DNA of 64,000 bases from an uncultured Candidatus Saccharibacteria bacterium. GTDB lineage: Bacteria; Patescibacteriota; Doudnabacteria; UBA920. Numbering within the stretch: the first letter of the stretch is position 1; the number at the start of each line of letters is the position of its first letter. The notes beneath the pieces were generated by a model. The model was not told the origin of the DNA, did no database searches, and was given only the letters and a program-made list of their open reading frames with translations. Below are positions 20,365 to 29,715 of the stretch, piece by piece. The stretch covers positions 52,969 to 116,968 of the forward strand of contig CAZVXT010000001.1 of NCBI GenBank assembly GCA_964631145.1. Direction: 5' to 3'. Made by a program: the position numbers and the translations under genes.

Positions 20365-21084
20365 ATGAGCGGTCATAGCAAATGGTCAACAATCAAAAGA
20401 GCAAAAGGAGCTGCAGATGCTAAACGCAGCAGTCTTTTTGGCAAGCTAGCAAAAAAAATTAGCATTGCTGTATGGGAAGGCAATAGTGGTGACCCTAGTC
20501 ATAATTCTAGATTACGCACAGAAATTGATCGTGCAAAAGAAGCGGGTCTACCAAACGATAATATAGATAGGGCAATTAAAAATGCGCTAGGTCAAAAGGA
20601 TTCTCAAATCAAAGAAGTTGTGTTTGAAGCTTACGGTCCATATGGTGTAGCTTTGCTCATAGAAGGAGCCACTAATAACAACAATCGCACAGTTCAAGAA
20701 ATCAAACACATACTAAACAAAGCTGGAGGAAGCTTAGGCGCGCAAGGTTCTACTGCATGGCAGTTTAAAGAGATTGGACAAATTATTATAGAAACTACTG
20801 GCGATAACAAATCAGAGATTGAATTATTAGCCATTGACTGTGGAGCAGAAGATATTATAGAAATTGATAATGGTTTAATCATAAAAATCTCCTCGCAAGA
20901 TTTAAACAAACTGAAAGATGCTTTACATAATCATGCAAATCAAATAATAGAAAGTACAATAACAAAAATCAGTGATCAAGAAATTGAACTCACTGAAGAA
21001 CAAACTAAGAAAATAGAAAACATAATTTCTTCTCTGGAAGAAAACGACGATATTGTTAACGTTTATTCAAATGCAAAAATATGA
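20365..21084 (+). CDS. yebC: YebC/PmpR-family transcriptional regulator
   Basis: MSGHSKWSTIKRAKGAADAKR N-terminus is diagnostic. Confidence 0.9.
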   Translation: MSGHSKWSTIKRAKGAADAKRSSLFGKLAKKISIAVWEGNSGDPSHNSRLRTEIDRAKEAGLPNDNIDRAIKNALGQKDSQIKEVVFEAYGPYGVALLIEGATNNNNRTVQEIKHILNKAGGSLGAQGSTAWQFKEIGQIIIETTGDNKSEIELLAIDCGAEDIIEIDNGLIIKISSQDLNKLKDALHNHANQIIESTITKISDQEIELTEEQTKKIENIISSLEENDDIVNVYSNAKI

Positions 21085-21551
21085 AAATACTAGGCATAGA
21101 CCCTGGCACAGCAACAACAGGGTTTGCAATTATTACAGAAAGTAAAAACAATTTTGTTATAGACCAGTTTGGGGTTATCTCAACACCAAAAACAGATACT
21201 GACCAACAAAGACTATTAACAGTTTTTGAAGATCTAGAAAGTTTAATCAAAAAGTACAAACCCGACAGACTTGGTGTAGAAAAATTATTTTTTACCAATA
21301 ATCAAAAAACAGCTATAACTGTAGCCCAAAGCAGAGGCGTCGTGTTATTACTTGCGGCAAAATACAAATTAGATATTTTTGAATTTACACCATTACAAGT
21401 AAAAAATATTTTATGTGGTTATGGCAAGGCAGATAAAAAACAAGTTCAACTTGCAGTAAAACAAATTTTCAAACTTAAACAAATACCAAAGCCAGATGAT
21501 GCGGCAGATAGTCTTGCTATAGCATTATGTGCTGCTTGGAAAAAGTTATAA
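21081..21551 (+). CDS. ruvC: Holliday junction resolvase RuvC
   Basis: MKILGIDPGTATTGFAI...; 156 aa; overlaps yebC by 4 nt. Confidence 0.9.
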   Translation: MKILGIDPGTATTGFAIITESKNNFVIDQFGVISTPKTDTDQQRLLTVFEDLESLIKKYKPDRLGVEKLFFTNNQKTAITVAQSRGVVLLLAAKYKLDIFEFTPLQVKNILCGYGKADKKQVQLAVKQIFKLKQIPKPDDAADSLAIALCAAWKKL

Positions 21552-21568
21552 AAAATTTAAAAATCCGC

Positions 21569-21597
21569 TTGCCAAAAAAATTTTTAAGTGTTACGAT
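21569..21597 (+). promoter_or_regulatory. Sigma70-like promoter (TTGCCA-17-TACGAT) for the acidic micro-ORF
   Basis: Sequence match to -35/-10 consensus with 17-nt spacing. Confidence 0.5.
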
Positions 21598-21677
21598 GAG
21601 CACACAGTTCAAGCTATTTATGGACTGATATTTTATCACTAAGTTCTTGCCTTCAAGCAAGGACAGGAGACGACATC

Positions 21678-21845
21678 ATGTTGTTAGAAGACGGCACAAT
21701 GATGCACGACGGTTCTGACGCTGGTCAAACAGAAGAAACTACAGAAGAAACTACTCCAGAAACCATGGAAGAAACTCCAATGGCTACTGAAGAAGAAACT
21801 TCTACTCCTTCTGAAGAAACCAAAGAAGAAGAAGCTGGAATGTAA
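21678..21845 (+). CDS. Unannotated 55-aa highly acidic Glu/Thr-rich micro-protein
   Basis: MLLEDGTMMHDGSDAGQTEETTEETTPETMEETPMATEEETSTPSEETKEEEAGM; GGAGA RBS; own promoter; followed by the terminator at 21848..21880. Confidence 0.45.
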   Translation: MLLEDGTMMHDGSDAGQTEETTEETTPETMEETPMATEEETSTPSEETKEEEAGM

Positions 21846-21847
21846 AA

Positions 21848-21880
21848 CAAAACCCTCGATTAATTCGAGGGTTTTGTTTT
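21848..21880 (+). terminator. Rho-independent terminator
   Basis: AACAAAACCCTCGATTAATTCGAGGGTTTTGTTTT. Confidence 0.7.
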
Positions 21881-21923
21881 ATCTTTTTTATATCAGAAGT
21901 AATTAAAAGTTTTATATTTGAAG

Positions 21924-23111
21924 TTAGTTTAATTTCACAAATTTTCTTTTTCCAGCTTGTAAAATAATAGTTTCTTTTAAATTAACAACAATATCCTTAC
22001 TTTCGATCTTTTGCTGATTAACTTTTATTCCACCTTGATCAAATAATCTCTTAGCTTCATTTTTACTATCAACCAACTTTACCATGACTAGTAACTCTAT
22101 AATATCGTATTTACCGGGCTTTATTTTAACTTTAGGAATATCATTTGGAATTTCTTTATTGCTAAACTGTGCAATAAATTGTTCTCGTGCTTGCAAAGCT
22201 TGCTTAGCTCCATGATACTGTTCTACCAATTTACTCGCTAATATTATTTTTTGGTCACGAGGATGAGAGTTATCCTTTAATAATTTCTCTATTTCTTCTA
22301 AAGAATAATTTGTAGCAAATTGTAAATATTTTTCTGTTAGATTGTCTGGTAAACTCATTGCTTTACCAAACATATCCTTAGGAGAATCTGTTAAGTTAAT
22401 TGTATTGCCCCATGAAGAAGACATTTTGCGACCATCAGTACCTTCTAAAATTTCTGTCATTAAAATATTCTGTGGATGTTGTCCATATGCTTCTTGCAAA
22501 ACTCTACCAGCCAAAAGATTAAATCTTTGATCTGTGCCGCCCAGTTCTACATCTGATTTTACCGCAACGCTATCATAACCCTGCATTAGAGGATATAGTA
22601 ATTCTCGAAGTGATACACGTTTTCCAGCATCCAAACGTTTTTTGATATTTTCCCTGACTGAAAATTCATGTAACCCAAATTGATTTGCCAAAAATCCAAT
22701 TTCTGCAAACCCTAATTTTTTTAACCATTTTGAATTGTAATGAAATTCTGTTTTACTCTTATCTAAAATTTTATATGCTTGGGATAAATAAGTTTTTAAG
22801 TTTTCTTTAATAGTTTTTTGATCCAACATTGGACGCTCTGCATCTTTATCAGAGGTATCACCAATCACACCTGTAAAATCTCCGATAATAAAAACCACCT
22901 GATGTCCTAAATCTTGAAAAGCTCTAAGTTTCCACAAAACAACACTTCTTCCCAGGTGAAGGTTTGGACTAGTAGGGTCTATTCCTAATTTTACACGCAA
23001 TTTCTTTTTCCCTTGCAATAACTTTTCTAAATCATCCTTATTAATTACTTCCGATACAGCTCTTTCCAAAATTTCTTTAATTAAGCTCTGTTTATTTATC
23101 TTTTTATTCAT
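21924..23111 (-). CDS. tyrS: Tyrosine--tRNA ligase
   Basis: HLGRSV (HIGH-type) motif, KMSSS motif, C-terminal S4 domain. Confidence 0.9.
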   Translation of the reverse strand: MNKKINKQSLIKEILERAVSEVINKDDLEKLLQGKKKLRVKLGIDPTSPNLHLGRSVVLWKLRAFQDLGHQVVFIIGDFTGVIGDTSDKDAERPMLDQKTIKENLKTYLSQAYKILDKSKTEFHYNSKWLKKLGFAEIGFLANQFGLHEFSVRENIKKRLDAGKRVSLRELLYPLMQGYDSVAVKSDVELGGTDQRFNLLAGRVLQEAYGQHPQNILMTEILEGTDGRKMSSSWGNTINLTDSPKDMFGKAMSLPDNLTEKYLQFATNYSLEEIEKLLKDNSHPRDQKIILASKLVEQYHGAKQALQAREQFIAQFSNKEIPNDIPKVKIKPGKYDIIELLVMVKLVDSKNEAKRLFDQGGIKVNQQKIESKDIVVNLKETIILQAGKRKFVKLN

Positions 23112-23208
23112 AGTTACTAATTTTATATTTAACCGTATATTTTACAGTATAACATTAAATTTGAAATAAATTTTTGGTAATTTTGCAAAAAATCAGTATA
23201 ATTTAACT

Positions 23209-26019
23209 ATGAAAATTTATAATTTTAACGGTACCGGGCAGGGTCATACCAAAAGCCGGTCATCAAAAATTTTAGGGAAAATATTATTTTACTTAAAAAC
23301 AGGTAATTGGTTTACTTGGGCTTTTAGAATTGCAGCTGCGGGTGTTTTGTTAGTTGCATTTTTATTTATCTATTATAGTAGAAGCTTACCTGATCCAAAT
23401 AGATTATTAGGTCGCAATGTTCCAGAGAGTACCAAGATTTATGCAGCAGATGGTAGCATGTTATACGAAGTTCATGGCGAAATTAAACGCACCCTAGTAA
23501 ACCTTGATCAAATTTCACCTGATCTAAAACACGCAACTATTGCAGCGGAAGATAAAAATTTTTACAAGCACGCAGGAGTGTCAGTTATGGGACTAGCAAG
23601 ATCGGTAATAGTAGATATAATCCATATGCAAAAAAAGCAAGGTGGAAGTACAATCACTCAACAATTTGTTAAAAATGCCGTATTAACTAGGGACAAATCT
23701 TTTACTAGAAAAATTAAAGAAATAATTATTGCAATAGAACTTGAAGCAAGGTTTTCAAAGGATGATATTCTCAAACTCTATTTAAATGAAATTCCTTATG
23801 GTCGAAATGCCTACGGTATTGAAGCAGCTAGCCAGACTTACTTTAACAAACATGCCAACGAGCTTAGCCTTGCCGAAAGTGCATACCTTGCTGCTTTACC
23901 TCAAGCACCAAGTTACTATAACCCAAGCGGTCCAAATTTTGACGCATTACAAGCAAGACAAAAAAATATCTTAAAGTTAATGGAAGAGGAAGGTTACATA
24001 ACCGCTGATCAACACGAACAAGCATTAAACGAAGAAGTAGCATTTCAAACTGTAAAAACAGCTATAGTTGCTCCTCACTTTGTACAATATGTAGAAGATT
24101 ATTTAGGACAAAAATATGGTGAAAGTACTCTTCAAGAAGGTGGTCTAAAAGTATATACAACTCTTGATCCAAAACTTCAAGCAATTGCAGAAAAAGCAGT
24201 AACAGACGGAGCGGCAAAAAATATCTCTGCTGGAGGTTATAACGCCGCATTGGTAGCAATGAATCCAAAAAATGGATACATATTAGCAATGGTTGGTAGT
24301 AAAGATTATTTCGGCGAATCTCAACCTAAAGGATGTGTTCCAGGAAAAAGCTGTTTATTTGAACCTAATGTTAACGTCGCAACAACATTACAGCAACCAG
24401 GAAGTAGCTTTAAACCTTACGCATACGTTACTGCTTTTGGACCAGACTTCAAATACTCTCCAGCTAGTATGTTAGTAGACGTTGTTACCAACTTTGGAGG
24501 AGGATACACTCCACAGAACTTTAACTTAGGTCAAAATGGACCAGTCTCTATGAGAAAAGCTTTAGCAGGAAGTTTGAACATCCCTGCTGTTAAAACAATC
24601 GCTCTAGTTGGTGCCGATAACGTAGTAAAGACTGCAAGAGATTTGGGTATAACCGCTCCTCTAAAAGATTGTGGTTTAGCGTTAGTTCTTGGTGGATGTG
24701 ATGTAAAATTAATCGATCACACTGCCGCTTATGCAACACTTGCAAACGGCGGAGTAAAAGTAGATAAAACAGCAATCTTAAAAGTTGAAAGTAAAGAAGG
24801 TCAAGTTTTAGAAGTACATGAAGAAAAGAAGACTCAAGTTTTGGATCCTCGAGCAGTTTATCAATTAATTGATATCATGACTGATAATTCTGCTAGAGCT
24901 TATGTATTTGGTGCTAATTCTGCATTAACCTTAAAAGATAGACTAGTGGCTGCAAAAACTGGTACAACTCAAGATTTTCGTGATGGATGGACCATGGGCT
25001 TTACCCCAAGCTTAGTAGCAGGAGTATGGACAGGAAACAATAATAACGCTCCTATGAAGCGTGATGCCGTACAAACCGCAGGTCCTATATGGAATCAATT
25101 TATGAGAGAAGCTCTAGCCGGAACACCAGTAGAAAAATTTGAAGAGCCAGAAGGTATTAAACACATAGCAGTAGATAGCGTTACCGGAAAGCTTCCAACT
25201 CAATATTCACCATCAACAAAAACAGAGACTTTTGCAGATTATAATGCACCGACAAAATATGATGACTTACATATTGGTATTAAAATCGATTCGTCTACAG
25301 GTCAGCCAGCGACAGATTCCACACCTGAAGAATTAATAGTTACAGAAATATACCAAGATTTACACAGTGAAAGACCAAAGGATCCTAATTGGGAAAATCC
25401 AGTTATTGCTTGGGCATTAGCAAATAGTTATAAATATCCGCCAGGTAGCGGTGTTAATAATAATCAAAGTCAAAATCAAACTAGTGTAAGCTTCGCTTCT
25501 CCACAAAATGATGCGATTATCAAACAACTACCTATCAGTATTAGTCTGGGAACACCACAAGATACAACTAAAGTAGAAATACTATTAGATAACCAGTTGG
25601 TAAAGACTTTAACATCAAGTCCTTATAACACCACTCTTGGACAAAGCATTGGTGATGGAAATCACACCTTAACAGCAAAAGCATATCTTCAAAGCGGGCA
25701 GACAGTAACTAGTAGTATAAATATAAAAGTAGCAATTACTGCAGACCTGGTAATAACAACCCCTGATTCTGGACTAACAGTACAATTTCCATTAACAATA
25801 GAAGCAGACAGCTCAACACTTTTTGGATCAGTAACATTTTGGTATCAAGGATCTAGTGGAAGTGCAAAGCAAATTGGTGCAGCTGAAATATCTGACATCG
25901 GAGGTAATTACAGATATTCAATTTCTTGGGATAGCCCGCCAAAATCTGGAAAGTACTCAGTATATGCAAAAAGTAATACTGGCGTAACTAGTAGTAAAAT
26001 ATCTATTACAGTTCCTTAA
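23209..26019 (+). CDS. Class A penicillin-binding protein (glycosyltransferase + transpeptidase) with a ~250-aa C-terminal Ig-like extension
   Basis: GT51 motifs (AAEDKNFYKHAGV, GGSTITQQ), transpeptidase SxxK/KTG (GSSFKP, KTGTT); TATAAT at -12..-7. Confidence 0.9.
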   Translation: MKIYNFNGTGQGHTKSRSSKILGKILFYLKTGNWFTWAFRIAAAGVLLVAFLFIYYSRSLPDPNRLLGRNVPESTKIYAADGSMLYEVHGEIKRTLVNLDQISPDLKHATIAAEDKNFYKHAGVSVMGLARSVIVDIIHMQKKQGGSTITQQFVKNAVLTRDKSFTRKIKEIIIAIELEARFSKDDILKLYLNEIPYGRNAYGIEAASQTYFNKHANELSLAESAYLAALPQAPSYYNPSGPNFDALQARQKNILKLMEEEGYITADQHEQALNEEVAFQTVKTAIVAPHFVQYVEDYLGQKYGESTLQEGGLKVYTTLDPKLQAIAEKAVTDGAAKNISAGGYNAALVAMNPKNGYILAMVGSKDYFGESQPKGCVPGKSCLFEPNVNVATTLQQPGSSFKPYAYVTAFGPDFKYSPASMLVDVVTNFGGGYTPQNFNLGQNGPVSMRKALAGSLNIPAVKTIALVGADNVVKTARDLGITAPLKDCGLALVLGGCDVKLIDHTAAYATLANGGVKVDKTAILKVESKEGQVLEVHEEKKTQVLDPRAVYQLIDIMTDNSARAYVFGANSALTLKDRLVAAKTGTTQDFRDGWTMGFTPSLVAGVWTGNNNNAPMKRDAVQTAGPIWNQFMREALAGTPVEKFEEPEGIKHIAVDSVTGKLPTQYSPSTKTETFADYNAPTKYDDLHIGIKIDSSTGQPATDSTPEELIVTEIYQDLHSERPKDPNWENPVIAWALANSYKYPPGSGVNNNQSQNQTSVSFASPQNDAIIKQLPISISLGTPQDTTKVEILLDNQLVKTLTSSPYNTTLGQSIGDGNHTLTAKAYLQSGQTVTSSINIKVAITADLVITTPDSGLTVQFPLTIEADSSTLFGSVTFWYQGSSGSAKQIGAAEISDIGGNYRYSISWDSPPKSGKYSVYAKSNTGVTSSKISITVP

Positions 26020-26024
26020 ATAAA

Positions 26025-26056
26025 AAATAACTAGCCAATGCTAGTTATTTTTTTAT
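26025..26056. terminator. Bidirectional terminator between the PBP gene and jag
   Basis: AAATAACTAGCCAATGCTAGTTATTTTTTT. Confidence 0.65.
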
Positions 26057-26520
26057 ATTTTTATCTTGATCTTCCTATTTGGTTCAACGCCTACACTTTC
26101 TGTATTTAAATGAGGAAACTGCTCTTGTATATAATTATGAACAAATTTTCTTTCAAATCTTGGTAAAGATGGCAATAAAACATATTCTAAACCATGTTTT
26201 AGTTCGGATACAGAATCTTTTACTATTTGCTTTAGTTGATACTTGCGGTTAGCTAAGTAATCATCTATATCAAGAGTAAATCTAACCGGTAAATCTTTAA
26301 ATTGTTTATTTACTATTGCAAATACTATATGTTGTAATGCTTGTAAATTTAAACCCTGCTTACCAATCAAAAGCTTTCTATCATAAGTAGAAATATTAAA
26401 CACCAAACCATTAGCTAAACTATTTTCATAGTTAATTGTTGCATTAAAACCTGCCACTTTTAATAAATCACCTATAAGTTGTTTAATAAATTCAATTTGC
26501 TCTTGATTTGGATTTTGCAT
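26053..26520 (-). CDS. khpB: Jag/KhpB (KH + R3H RNA-binding protein)
   Basis: Position downstream of yidC plus a C-terminal R3H-like region. Confidence 0.75.
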   Translation of the reverse strand: MQNPNQEQIEFIKQLIGDLLKVAGFNATINYENSLANGLVFNISTYDRKLLIGKQGLNLQALQHIVFAIVNKQFKDLPVRFTLDIDDYLANRKYQLKQIVKDSVSELKHGLEYVLLPSLPRFERKFVHNYIQEQFPHLNTESVGVEPNRKIKIKI

Positions 26521-26536
26521 AAGCTTTTTATATTAA

Positions 26537-27232
26537 TTATTCTTTGTGAAAATAATGAACGTAATATTGTTGAGCAATAGCAAACAAAGTTGTAACAATC
26601 CAATAAAGAGGAAGACCTGCCGGCAAATTCCATGCGATAAATACTGAAACCGCTGGTAATAAATAAGTTAACTGGGCATTCATTGCTTTTACAGTTATAT
26701 CAGCGTTTGTATTATTACCTTGCCATTTGATTGTTAAGTAAGACTGTACAAACTGAGCCACACCAGCCAATATTGCCAATACAGGGTTATGAGCACTTAA
26801 GTTAAGAACCCCAAGAAACATAGGATTAATAGCACCAGGATGAGAAACAAAGCTATACAATCCATCAAGATTACCTTTTAATGCTTTATCAAAAACTCTG
26901 TACAAAGCAATTAAAATTGGTAGCTGAATAAGCAAAGGTAAACACGATGATAAAGGATTAATATTATGTTCTTTATACAAATCCATCATTGCTTTTGCTT
27001 GTGCTTCGCGATCATCTTTATACTTTTCTTTCAAATCATTAAGCTTTGGCTGAAGAGAACTTAAAGCTTTTTGTCCTTTTAGTGATTTATGCATAAAAGG
27101 AGCTAAAACTATTCTAATTAGTATAGTAACTAATACAATCACCAAACCTATATCATGGATAGGTAAAACATTATATAAACCTATTAAAAGGTTTAAAATT
27201 GGTCGGTAAATTAATTCTGTGTATATAAACAT
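26537..27232 (-). CDS. yidC: Membrane protein insertase YidC (short form)
   Basis: Multi-TM 231-aa protein in the conserved rnpA–yidD–yidC–jag context. Confidence 0.85.
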   Translation of the reverse strand: MFIYTELIYRPILNLLIGLYNVLPIHDIGLVIVLVTILIRIVLAPFMHKSLKGQKALSSLQPKLNDLKEKYKDDREAQAKAMMDLYKEHNINPLSSCLPLLIQLPILIALYRVFDKALKGNLDGLYSFVSHPGAINPMFLGVLNLSAHNPVLAILAGVAQFVQSYLTIKWQGNNTNADITVKAMNAQLTYLLPAVSVFIAWNLPAGLPLYWIVTTLFAIAQQYYVHYFHKE

Positions 27233-27235
27233 ATT

Positions 27236-27466
27236 TTATATTTTATCTATTTTTGGTTGTGCAAACGGATTGCATTTAATAATTCTTATAAAACCCTTAG
27301 GTAAACCTTTAAATAAACCATAAGATTGCAGACTTTGAATCATATAAGTACTACATGAAGGATAAAACCTGCAAAACCCATAAGGATACTTATATTTTAG
27401 CAAACCATGGTCTGGAGAAAGAGTTTTTTGATAAATTTTTATAAAAAAGATTAAAATTTTAACCAT
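27236..27466 (-). CDS. yidD: Membrane protein insertion efficiency factor YidD
   Basis: C..YPSCS..C motif (CRFYPSCSTY); 76 aa. Confidence 0.85.
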   Translation of the reverse strand: MVKILIFFIKIYQKTLSPDHGLLKYKYPYGFCRFYPSCSTYMIQSLQSYGLFKGLPKGFIRIIKCNPFAQPKIDKI

Positions 27467-27797
27467 TTATTAATATTTTTGCTTTAATTAAAGCGGTTTT
27501 TAGTTCGTTTTTTATATCGATACTAGAATCTAATAAAATAGCTGGTTTTATAAGTAAAATATAATAACCTGGCTTTATATTAGGTAATTCTTTATACCAA
27601 TAATCTCGACATAATCTTTTAATTCGATTTCTTTTTACAGCACTTTTAGTGACTTTATTAGAAACAATTACCGTAAACTTTAAATCCTTACTTGGTAAAT
27701 ACTTTAAATTAAAAAGTGGCGAAAAAAAAGATCGCCCCTTTTTTAAAACTTTCTCAATGTCAAGAGTTTTATTAAGGCGATGTTCTTTTTTTAACAT
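27459..27797 (-). CDS. rnpA: RNase P protein component
   Basis: Basic 112-aa protein in the rpmH–rnpA context. Confidence 0.85.
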   Translation of the reverse strand: MLKKEHRLNKTLDIEKVLKKGRSFFSPLFNLKYLPSKDLKFTVIVSNKVTKSAVKRNRIKRLCRDYWYKELPNIKPGYYILLIKPAILLDSSIDIKNELKTALIKAKILING

Positions 27798-27800
27798 AAT

Positions 27801-27935
27801 TTATACTGTTAAGCGTTTGCGGCCTTTTTGGCGGCGGCGTGCCAAGACTGCTTTTCCAGTTCTAGTTTGAGATCTTTTTCTAAAACCATGGACCTTCTTA
27901 CGCTTCTTAGTTTTTGGCTGATAAGTTCGTTTCAT
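27801..27935 (-). CDS. rpmH: 50S ribosomal protein L34
   Basis: Hand translation: [44 protein letters not shown]; absent from the ORF track because it is under 60 aa. Confidence 0.9.
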   Translation of the reverse strand: MKRTYQPKTKKRKKVHGFRKRSQTRTGKAVLARRRQKGRKRLTV

Positions 27936-28025
27936 CTGAGCAATATTATTTAAATTCTTTAAAATTATACCGTAAGAATATTAATAAGTCAATTAAAAAT
28001 ATCTCGATTTATTGAGTTTTACACA

Positions 28026-28115
28026 TTAACCACAAAATATCCACAAGTTATACACATGAAATTACTTTTTTGGCTTAAATAACAGGAAACTTATCCTATT
28101 TTACATGTTGATAAC
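28026..28115. promoter_or_regulatory. DnaA-box cluster upstream of dnaA (oriC/dnaA promoter region)
   Basis: TTAACCACA (28026), ATATCCACA (28038), TTATCCTAT (28091), TGTTGATAA (28107) in an AT-rich spacer. Confidence 0.6.
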
Positions 28116-28156
28116 TCTGTTGATATGATGAGAATAATTGGTTTATCAATAAAAAT

Positions 28157-29518
28157 ATGAATGAACAACAACTCTGGAAAGCAATTTTAGGAAACTTAGA
28201 AGTATCAATTAGTAGGGCAAACTACTTAACATGGTTTAAGAATACATCGATCATAGAACGGGGAGAAAACTATATCACAGTAAGCGTACCTAGTTTATTT
28301 ATCAAAAACTGGATTAATGATAAATACCATGGTTTTATTATTAAAGCCTTAAAGTCTATATCTCCTGATATTAAAGAGGTGAAATATCAAATAGGTGGAA
28401 CCAAGGTAGAAGAAAGTAATCAAGGAACACTTCTAAATAAGTCAGAGAAGACGGAAAAAAACACCGTTTTTTATCAAACTTCAGAAAGTGTTAATAGTAA
28501 TCACAATCTAAACAAACAATACACCTTTGAAACTTTCATCATTGGGCATAATAACGAGTTAGCCTATGCAGCTTCTACAGCAGTTTCAAAAAACCCTGGA
28601 AACCAATATAACCCTTTATTTATTTATGGTGGAGTAGGATTAGGGAAAACCCATTTAATGCAAGCGGTTGGTAATAAATTATTAGGAGAAAACCCTAGGG
28701 CAAGAGTCTTATACTCTTCTAGTGAAAAGTTTACTAACGACTTTATCAAATCTATTCAGCAAAAAAAAGTTGATGAATTCAAGAATGTATATAGAAGCGT
28801 TGATATGTTACTAATAGATGATATTCAATTTATTGCAGGTAAAGAACAGACTCAAGAAGAATTTTTCCATACGTTTAACGAATTAAGAGACAAAGGCAAG
28901 CAAATTATTATTACTTCCGACCGTCTGCCAAAAGATATTCCGGCAATTGAACAAAGGTTAATATCTAGGTTTGAATGGGGAATGGTTGTAGATATTAGTC
29001 CACCAAACCTTGAAACCAGAATAGCTATTATAAAAACTAAGTTAGCTAAAAAAGACATTAACTTATCAGAAGAAATTATTAACTATATTGCAGAAAATAT
29101 AGTTAGCAATGTCCGTGAACTAGAAGGTGCCTTAAACAAAATTACTGTGTTTAGCCAAGTTGGTAATAAGCAAATTTCGCTAGATCAAGTTAAAAGCGTA
29201 TTAGGTACAATAATTAATAGTAAAAAGAAGGTTGTTTCTATCAGAAAAATTGCCGAAACAGTAGCTAATTTTTATAGCGTTACAGTTGATGATCTTATAA
29301 AACAGTCTAGAAAAAAGGAATTTGTTAAACCAAGGCAAGTAGCAATGTACATAACTCGTAAAGAATTAGCTAGTTCTTTTCCTACAATAGGGGAATTTTT
29401 TGGGGGACGCGATCACACAACAGTTATGCATGGGGTAGAAAAACTAGAAAAAGCAGTAGCAATTGAAGATCCAATTAAGCAAGAACTGGAGCTAATTGTT
29501 GAAAAATTGTATGTATAA
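28157..29518 (+). CDS. dnaA: Chromosomal replication initiator DnaA
   Basis: AAA+ Walker A GGVGLGKTHL, box VII, C-terminal DNA-binding domain. Confidence 0.95.
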   Translation: MNEQQLWKAILGNLEVSISRANYLTWFKNTSIIERGENYITVSVPSLFIKNWINDKYHGFIIKALKSISPDIKEVKYQIGGTKVEESNQGTLLNKSEKTEKNTVFYQTSESVNSNHNLNKQYTFETFIIGHNNELAYAASTAVSKNPGNQYNPLFIYGGVGLGKTHLMQAVGNKLLGENPRARVLYSSSEKFTNDFIKSIQQKKVDEFKNVYRSVDMLLIDDIQFIAGKEQTQEEFFHTFNELRDKGKQIIITSDRLPKDIPAIEQRLISRFEWGMVVDISPPNLETRIAIIKTKLAKKDINLSEEIINYIAENIVSNVRELEGALNKITVFSQVGNKQISLDQVKSVLGTIINSKKKVVSIRKIAETVANFYSVTVDDLIKQSRKKEFVKPRQVAMYITRKELASSFPTIGEFFGGRDHTTVMHGVEKLEKAVAIEDPIKQELELIVEKLYV

Positions 29519-29521
29519 ACC

Positions 29522-29682
29522 TGTTGATAAGGTTGTGAAAAACTGTGTATCAATTTTAGATAAATCAAAAATCCTAAAATTATCCAGTTTTCATCAATAG
29601 TTAATCAAGTTTTTATCAACAACTAAATTACAATTTCGAGACCGTATTTATTAAACAAAATCAACTAATCCACTTATCCATA
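29522..29682. promoter_or_regulatory. DnaA-box cluster in the dnaA–dnaN spacer (likely oriC core)
   Basis: TGTTGATAA (29522), TTATCCAGT (29580), TTATCAACA (29613), adjacent TAATCCACT/TTATCCATA (29666-29682). Confidence 0.6.
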
Positions 29683-29715
29683 CGCCTTATTACTACTACT
29701 AAATATATATAAAAT

